A DNA stretch of 55,098 nt, counting the filler, from Squatina squatina (lineage: Eukaryota), in the NCBI GenBank assembly GCA_031763465.1. It is 3 parts of 3 records of this genome, joined end to end, with 100 filler letters (N's around TTAATTAATTAA, not from the genome) between each part and the next. Parts side by side here need not be neighbours in the genome. Positions count along the whole stretch, not along the records: positions 29,307 to 55,098 come from JARFOE010000046.1; 2 more parts are not named here. One strand, given 5' to 3'. The notes under the pieces are model-generated. The model worked only from the letters and a program-made list of their open reading frames with translations. It had not been told where the DNA came from and did not search any database. Positions 48,502-55,098 of the stretch are shown here, piece after piece (the first letter of the stretch is position 1; each line of letters starts with the position of its first letter). The position numbers and the translations under genes are program-made.

Positions 48502-49167
48502 GGGTGGCCAATTCGATACTTACCGCCCACCGGTAAGTGTCGTTAAAACGACGTTCGACCCCATGCAGGGCCAGAAACTCAGCGTACAGCACTAGGTGGC
48601 ATCCGTGACATCATCAGTGTGTGCAACGCTGAAAATGGCTGGCCGCTCGACAATTCAGGTAAGTTAATAGGGCGGTCAATTCGACTTTCCTGAGTTACTG
48701 GCGCTAACGGACAAATTGTTGACTGCAAAGTTCTGGTTTTGGCACTCTCCCTTTAAGGCCTGCGATTTGGCACATAGAAAAAAAATCTGACAGCTTAAAA
48801 AAACATGCTAATTTCAGCGCAAAGGGGCCCCTACTTAGCACTGATTATCTTAGTTTATTTGACAAGTTCAATTGCAGTATAAGCCTAACTGGAACCAATC
48901 AGCCCTCAGGCCACCTCACAACCTAAAGGGGGGCCTTTCCCACAAGCAACCACTGCTCAGGTCAGTCTTGGAGGAGCTGGAGGGGAGAGTATTGCATGAA
49001 AAGAGACAGAGAGGAATGGTGCAAGAGTCAGGGCTCCCAAGTTCACAGAGGCAGCCCTTGAGGCACTCGTCCAAGCAGTAGTCAGAAGGGTCGCAACCTT
49101 TTTTCCTGTGGCTGGAAGAGGGGGAACAGTGAAGATGATAAAGAGAGTCTAGAGGAACATGGCGACT
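48502..49167 (+). mobile_element. Second, decayed copy of the Myb-carrying Harbinger element
   Basis: Left end gggtggccaattcg; 48668-48970 aligns to the reverse complement of 23700-23985. Confidence 0.8.
48996..49167 (+). pseudogene. Harbinger Myb/SANT exon 1 pseudogene
   Basis: GARVRAPKFTEAALEALVQAVVRRVATFFPVAGRGGTVKMIKRV*. The ATG at 48996 is out of frame, and the conserved Trp codon is TAG at 49150-49152. Confidence 0.85.
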
Positions 49168-52100
49168 NNNNNNNNNNNNNNNNNNNNNNNNNNNNNNNNN
49201 NNNNNNNNNNNNNNNNNNNNNNNNNNNNNNNNNNNNNNNNNNNNNNNNNNNNNNNNNNNNNNNNNNNTCCATCACAAAACCCCATTGGCCCCAAGGGTGC
49301 AAAACTACTTCATGAAAAATCTCTAATTGGGTTACCAAAGAGAGAAATGGAGAAGGTAACTGGATCTCTCCATCTCGTCACCACTGCAACAAATAAGACT
49401 TAGGCAGCACAAATATGTGGATATATGAAAAAATTCTTCAAATTCTTTATTGCGCTTTCTCACAACTAAGTTAAACACCTACCAGGTTCTCAGAATAGTT
49501 CCACTGGATATATCCTACACTTCATTCTGACTCATTGCTGGAAGTAGCTTTATTGCATCGACCCTAAGTTTCTTGACAAAAAGTGGCTTGTATGTCTTTT
49601 AACTTGTTTAGAACTTGATTGAACTGCTCTGAAGAGCTCAACTACAGCAGTTCTAGCAAGAGTGAGAGAGACACAACACCATTTTGTAAGCCAGGGGAGA
49701 TATAAACACATTCTCAACAGCCTGCAGACAGCAGTTTGATGAAATACATTGTTTGATTTGTCAAATACTTAGGGATATGCAGTCAACTTTCATCACTGCA
49801 TTTGAACTAACATGGGTAGTTGTGTATATAATTCATGCTAATGCAATGTTGCTCCCAATGCTCGTTAATGCAGAAGATGTAGACCTTTGTGAAACAACTG
49901 TGTAGCAAAATGTTAGTTAGAGCGTATATTTTGTGACCCTCAAGTCTGCCAGTAAATCATATGATAAGTTGTGTTTGTTCTCAGCTGTGCTGCTAGGCAT
50001 CTTACAATGACGGGTACTCCTTTGAGATGCAATTGTTGGAGCAAACGTAGTCAGTAACTTGTGCTGAACAGACAGCCACATGATACACCTGCAATTAAAA
50101 TGTATCCCTTGGAATAGGAATGAGTATTCCTTTTTCTGGGAAAGAAGGTTTATGGAATCATAGAAATTTCAGCACAGGAGGTCCCCATTTCACTCCTTAT
50201 GCCTTTCTACTCTCACATCAAATGTATCCACTCTATTTCTATTTAATTCCCTTTTCACCAAATTCATTGAGAGTTTTCTTTTTCAAGTGTTTATCCCTTA
50301 TAATTCACTTATAACCACAGTGAGTGAACTGGCTTTAATAATCACTTGTGGTAATGCNNNNNNNNNNNNNNNNNNNNNNNNNNNNNNNNNNNNNNNNNNN
50401 NNNNNNNNNNNNNNNNNNNNNNNNNNNNNNNNNNNNNNNNNNNNNNNNNNNNNNNNNCAAGATATGTTTGTAAGTTACAATGAAAAGAAAATCTGCCAGC
50501 AATGACTCCCTTAAACAATCCGTGATATAGTTCAGGTTTCTAGTTCCCAAACCAATCAAAGTGCTTATCTCTGCAGTCTGACTAAATTGCCCTCAATGAT
50601 AAAACAGTAGTGTCAGCAGTTAATTGGTTCAAGCATCTCAGGGGAACTGATGGAGAGTTAGGAATTTGACATGTTGGAGGTCTGACTCGTTAATCTGAGT
50701 CAATCTCTAAATCCTTTCAATCGATGCAAATTCCTAACAAAAATGCATCTGGTTTTATCTTGAGCAGCTTCCTGAAAATCACACAAAATGTATTGACATC
50801 TGCCTGTGCTGCTATTCATCCTCTCCATGTTCATCTATCAGGCTTCTTGAAATAGATCTTTCTCTCAAAAGTGAAAGGCCACGTCATGCTTGATGTTATT
50901 GTGGTATTTGCTGAATGAATGGAATCTCTACCAAATATCTGAATGAATAATATTGTAGAAGTTATGACAAAAGGCCATTAAAAAATGTAAGACTTCATTC
51001 TTTTGCATTAGATACATGTCAGGATATGGTGGTTTATGGAAAATGAAACTCCCAAGGGTGTATTCAGAGTAGAACTGCAATGTTGATGTAAAGCAGTTTT
51101 GCATCCTTTTCTACGTCCTTATTTCCTGCAGTTATAATGAAAATGCAGTCTGAATCTGGTGTCTGAGTTCTGATGCTGGAATGAAGTGGAGTGAGACTCC
51201 TGGAGGGGGTAGTAATCTCTCTCTCATTCACTTTGGGATATATTTGGGCCTTGATACCCAATACACACTGCCAAATTTAGTGCTTGTGAAGTGTAATTGC
51301 ACTGAAATACTGTCTGCATAACTCATGGATACCAAGGGAGAATTTATTTGATTGCAATATGAGGAGTTTATTGTCTGTGAACATTCTGTTTCTTGTTTTT
51401 CTTTCCTTGCCCCTCGTTGGGACTGGACATTATAGTTAGACATACTGTCCTTTCATGTCTAGAGTCTGTGTTTGAATCTAGACAAGACTGGTGGTGTCAA
51501 ATGGTTAAGAAAAAAAGGGTTTATCCACATTTCTGTTGCACTAGAATTATAAGTTTGAACATTTTCATAAAAATAGGGGAATGGAAAAATAACACTTGCC
51601 CAATTCAGTATTCAGAAATATAAAAATGAACATATCTAAGTGGAAGAATCCTGTGATACTGAAATTAAAATATATGTCCCTGAAGTAATTGTAAACACAG
51701 TGAGAGGTGTAGTTATGGTAAATTTTTAAACTTTACTGTTTATTAATGAATATTTCACTTAAAATCTTAATGGGTTAAGAAAGGGTTGGATTCTGTGAAG
51801 ATTGAGCATAAATCAAGCTGTCCTATTACCACTGATATATGGCCATTTCTTTCAATATTTTATAGCATTGCAGAGGTGTCTGATGTACTTTCACAGTCTC
51901 CATCAATGTACTATTTAGAGCAGTGAATTTTAACATCTTCCAAACTGGCTTTTAAAAATCAATCATCATAAACACAGCTGTCATTATGCAGTGCAAAAGA
52001 ACAGACTCTGGCAGACAAACTGGAAAGCCTATCCCTTAGCAACACTGATAGTGTGCTACCCATGTGTGCTCCGTCACTAGGCTGTTGGTAGAGAGGAGGC

Positions 52101-52327
52101 GATATTGAAAAGAAGATGTGGTTTTAAATNNNNNNNNNNNNNNNNNNNNNNNNNNNNNNNNNNNNNNNNNNNNNNNNNNNNNNNNNNNNNNNNNNNNNNN
52201 NNNNNNNNNNNNNNNNNNNNNNNNNNNNNCGAAGCACTGACAGTGGAGTAATTACGAATCTACTCTCTCGTATCCCTCAGCAGTGCATTGATAGGAATTG
52301 GGAGCAGGACAACTTTTTGCATGGGAG

Positions 52328-52600
52328 CATCGGAATTGCTGGACGAAGGCCAAGGGCCATCTGGTTTGTCTTCTACCATCCTGTTAGCGGCATGATACAA
52401 TGATAATGAAGTCAATCTCTATCATTTGGTCGACAACAGACCCAGACGAGGCGAGGAAAGCCCCCAGTGGTGGAAAGCTTTGGGAACCATTAGGTGCAGA
52501 GTTCCTTGTTCCTCCCAAGCCTGCAACATTCGACACACGTCATGTCTCAAATTACTCCTAGACTGTATCCTAAAATAATATCTTCTGGTCAAGTGCTCAA
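52328..52600 (-). mobile_element. Probable LINE 3' UTR remnant
   Basis: ggaattgctggacgaaggccaagggccatctgg... resembles the reverse complement of CR1-type 3' termini; recognised from memory only. Confidence 0.4.
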
Positions 52601-55098
52601 TCATTCCCGGACTCCCTGGCATTCTTGATTGTTAAGCTAATGGTAAGGACCAGCATGACAGCAGCAGTTCGATGTGTGAAAGAGACTGCAGCTGCTAGGG
52701 ATTATCTCAGATATCTTAGTAATACCAGCAACATACTAATAGTGAATTATAAACCAGAACTCTCTGTGATTGCTTCTGAGCTCTGCCTTACTCATCTGGC
52801 CAGAACACACCATGCGAGCTCATTTATCTCACCTGTGCTGATGTGACATCTTGTCTCCCTGCTGGGGATTGAGAGCATGAGGAGACAAAAGTGAGTAATA
52901 TGAAAAATATTCTGCCGTTGGGCTTTTCTGCCTTTCCAATAGCTGTACATTTGCTTGCTTGCTGCACTGTAATTGCATTCTCTTTCGCTGTCTGCTCATG
53001 TGCCCTTTAAATAAAGCATTGCCACTTATTCTACGAGCACCATCCTTCAAAAATTATCATGCCAAATGATCACTTTACACTGGGCCCATCTTGTCAAAGA
53101 GCCATCTGGGAATCTGGACTGGTCCAGAATACAATTACCGAATGACCTTCTGAAAGCTCTGGTCTGGTGTAATCGGTTTCAGTGCCTCTGACCCTTCGGG
53201 GTCTGTCTTCTTGTTGTTGTCACTTCTTGTTCAAATATTGCAGCTGCATTAAGCAGTGACAATTAATAGCTGGATCATTTGCAATTTACTGAAAGGGAGC
53301 TAATAAGGGACTCAAAAGAAACCTTGGTAATGAGTCATAGCTGAGGACTGCACCACCGCTTTTTCAGATTTCTCTGCTCAGATAATCATGCCTTCATGTA
53401 TTCTTTATGTATTGCGGCAGGAGGTAACGGAGGGTAATATTAAAATAAATCAGGTTGTTTTGCTGCCGCCTATATAATGATGAAAAGGGTCATTAAGCAT
53501 TCACAATAGAGGCTCACCCATGAGCAAGTGCATGTACCTGACAGAGTGCACAGTTGAGATATTTATACTGGAACTACTTATAATGCTGCCTACCCGAATG
53601 TTCGTTAGAGATATAATACATTGTTAATTTAATGTTTCCTGAAGTGCTGACCTTCTGACTCTCAACATTATTTTCTTCATAACATTTATTTCCTCACTTC
53701 CACTCAATTCCTTTAATCTCTATAGGTATAATAGCTTTGTGTCAATTGCTCTTAGATGCTGAAAGCTACAATGATGTATCTGGGGATGTCAAGAACATTA
53801 ATGTTAAACCAAGGCAGTCCAAATGTTGATTGCTTTAGATTAGGGATGTAAATTCCACAACGATTGTCCTATCTGCTGTTGTAAGACTAAGTTACAACTG
53901 TGATAGATCTAAAGAAAGTTAAATAGACCTTACAGGTCTTAACTTATCAAGAAAAAAATGCCACAATTCTTAAATAGACTTAAAAGCAAAATCAAAAATG
54001 TTTCTTTCATTACATATCTATAAACAGTGGTATGTTTTGTGCTCTTTACTATTTGGAGACATGTGATAGTACAAAAATGAAAGGATGTTCTTGACTTTAG
54101 TTTTTTAGCCGACCCACAGCAATTTAGATCTGGGGGAGGTTTTCATTTCATTGACGTATATTTGAACGAAGCCACTCCACTATGCTGTCTTCTTTTGTTG
54201 CTGTTATTACTGTAAAAATTGCTTGTTTTTTTTTGCACACTGCAGGTTACTGTGAGGGCGGTCATTTAGTGATCCTACCTTTACACCAGGGACCAGAAGA
54301 GCTAGACTTGTAAGAATAAAGGTAGCATAAAGCCAGCAGTTGCTTAATTATACTGAGAAGAAATTGTCTTCATTTAGCTGTGTGCACATTTATTTTCAAG
54401 ATGATATGTGACAAGGAAAGTTCAAAACAATTCCAGGTGGACTTGGCATTAGCACTAACACAAGCCTGGTGACTCAAAAAGAACAATCCTTTTGGCAGTC
54501 CATCGATATTACTGATGATANNNNNNNNNNTCACTAACTATATATAGAGATGTTGAAGGATCTTTGACTTTTCAACATAGACTTTTAATATCTGTTTTTA
54601 TGGAAGGCTAAAAGAATGTACTTGAAGCCCTGGTTATGGATCTCTTTGATGGCTGCTCTTAAGCTAGGCTAAGTAAGGCGTATGGAGCAGGAACTGTCAG
54701 GGCAATGCTCACCCTGGAACCGCAATGGGTAAAGGAATGGACTTGTAAGAGAGTATGATGGAATAAAGTATGAACAGCAAATGGAGGATAACTCATATGC
54801 AGTCAACCACAATCAAGATAAAGTTACATTTGGGCTGATTTGGGATTGCTTGCCTACTGAGAAATGTATTGAAACACCGATAAAGTAGAGGACTTTGGAA
54901 ACATTGACCAAGTTTGAAAGATATCATAAATATTATTGTTGCTTCAGACGGTACTGAGAGAGAAAGATTTGTTGCAGTTTCGAAGAGATAAGCAGAGAAT
55001 ACCAAGATACCCCTGGTGTTATGCATTAGCAGAAGTTTCAATGCTATTGCTAAAATAGCTAGTTTGAATTAGCTAGCTCTGAGGGGCGCTAATGGGAC

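Overview
Repeat-rich vertebrate genomic DNA, most likely from a cartilaginous fish, judging by the recognisable CR1, RTE and Deu-domain SINE families and the 67-bp satellite. It is a fragmented assembly with many 100-N gaps. Two artificial N44-TTAATTAATTAA-N44 spacers (16320, 29251) split it into three segments that are probably unlinked. Host genes: two minus-strand GPR153 exons (658-842, 1795-1984) and two minus-strand PIPOX exons (17599-17754, 18465-18647). There is also a dead Ig-domain exon (9848-10101) and a few unidentified candidate exons. Most interesting items: (i) the 3' end of an endogenous retrovirus-like element (env-like TM remnant, polypurine tract, TG-starting LTR; ~20800-21806); (ii) a PIF/Harbinger system made of an apparently intact, intron-containing Myb/SANT gene (23024-23651), a pseudogenised sister copy (48996-49167) and three copies of a GC-rich MITE family, one with an identical 12-nt terminus; (iii) an RTE LINE with twin-priming-type 5' inversion inserted in a SINE (43311-44125); (iv) hAT-Blackjack-type MITEs with an outward-facing splice donor, one also carrying promoter-like motifs. 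All family assignments come from motif recognition by eye; no database search was run, and repeat boundaries are approximate.
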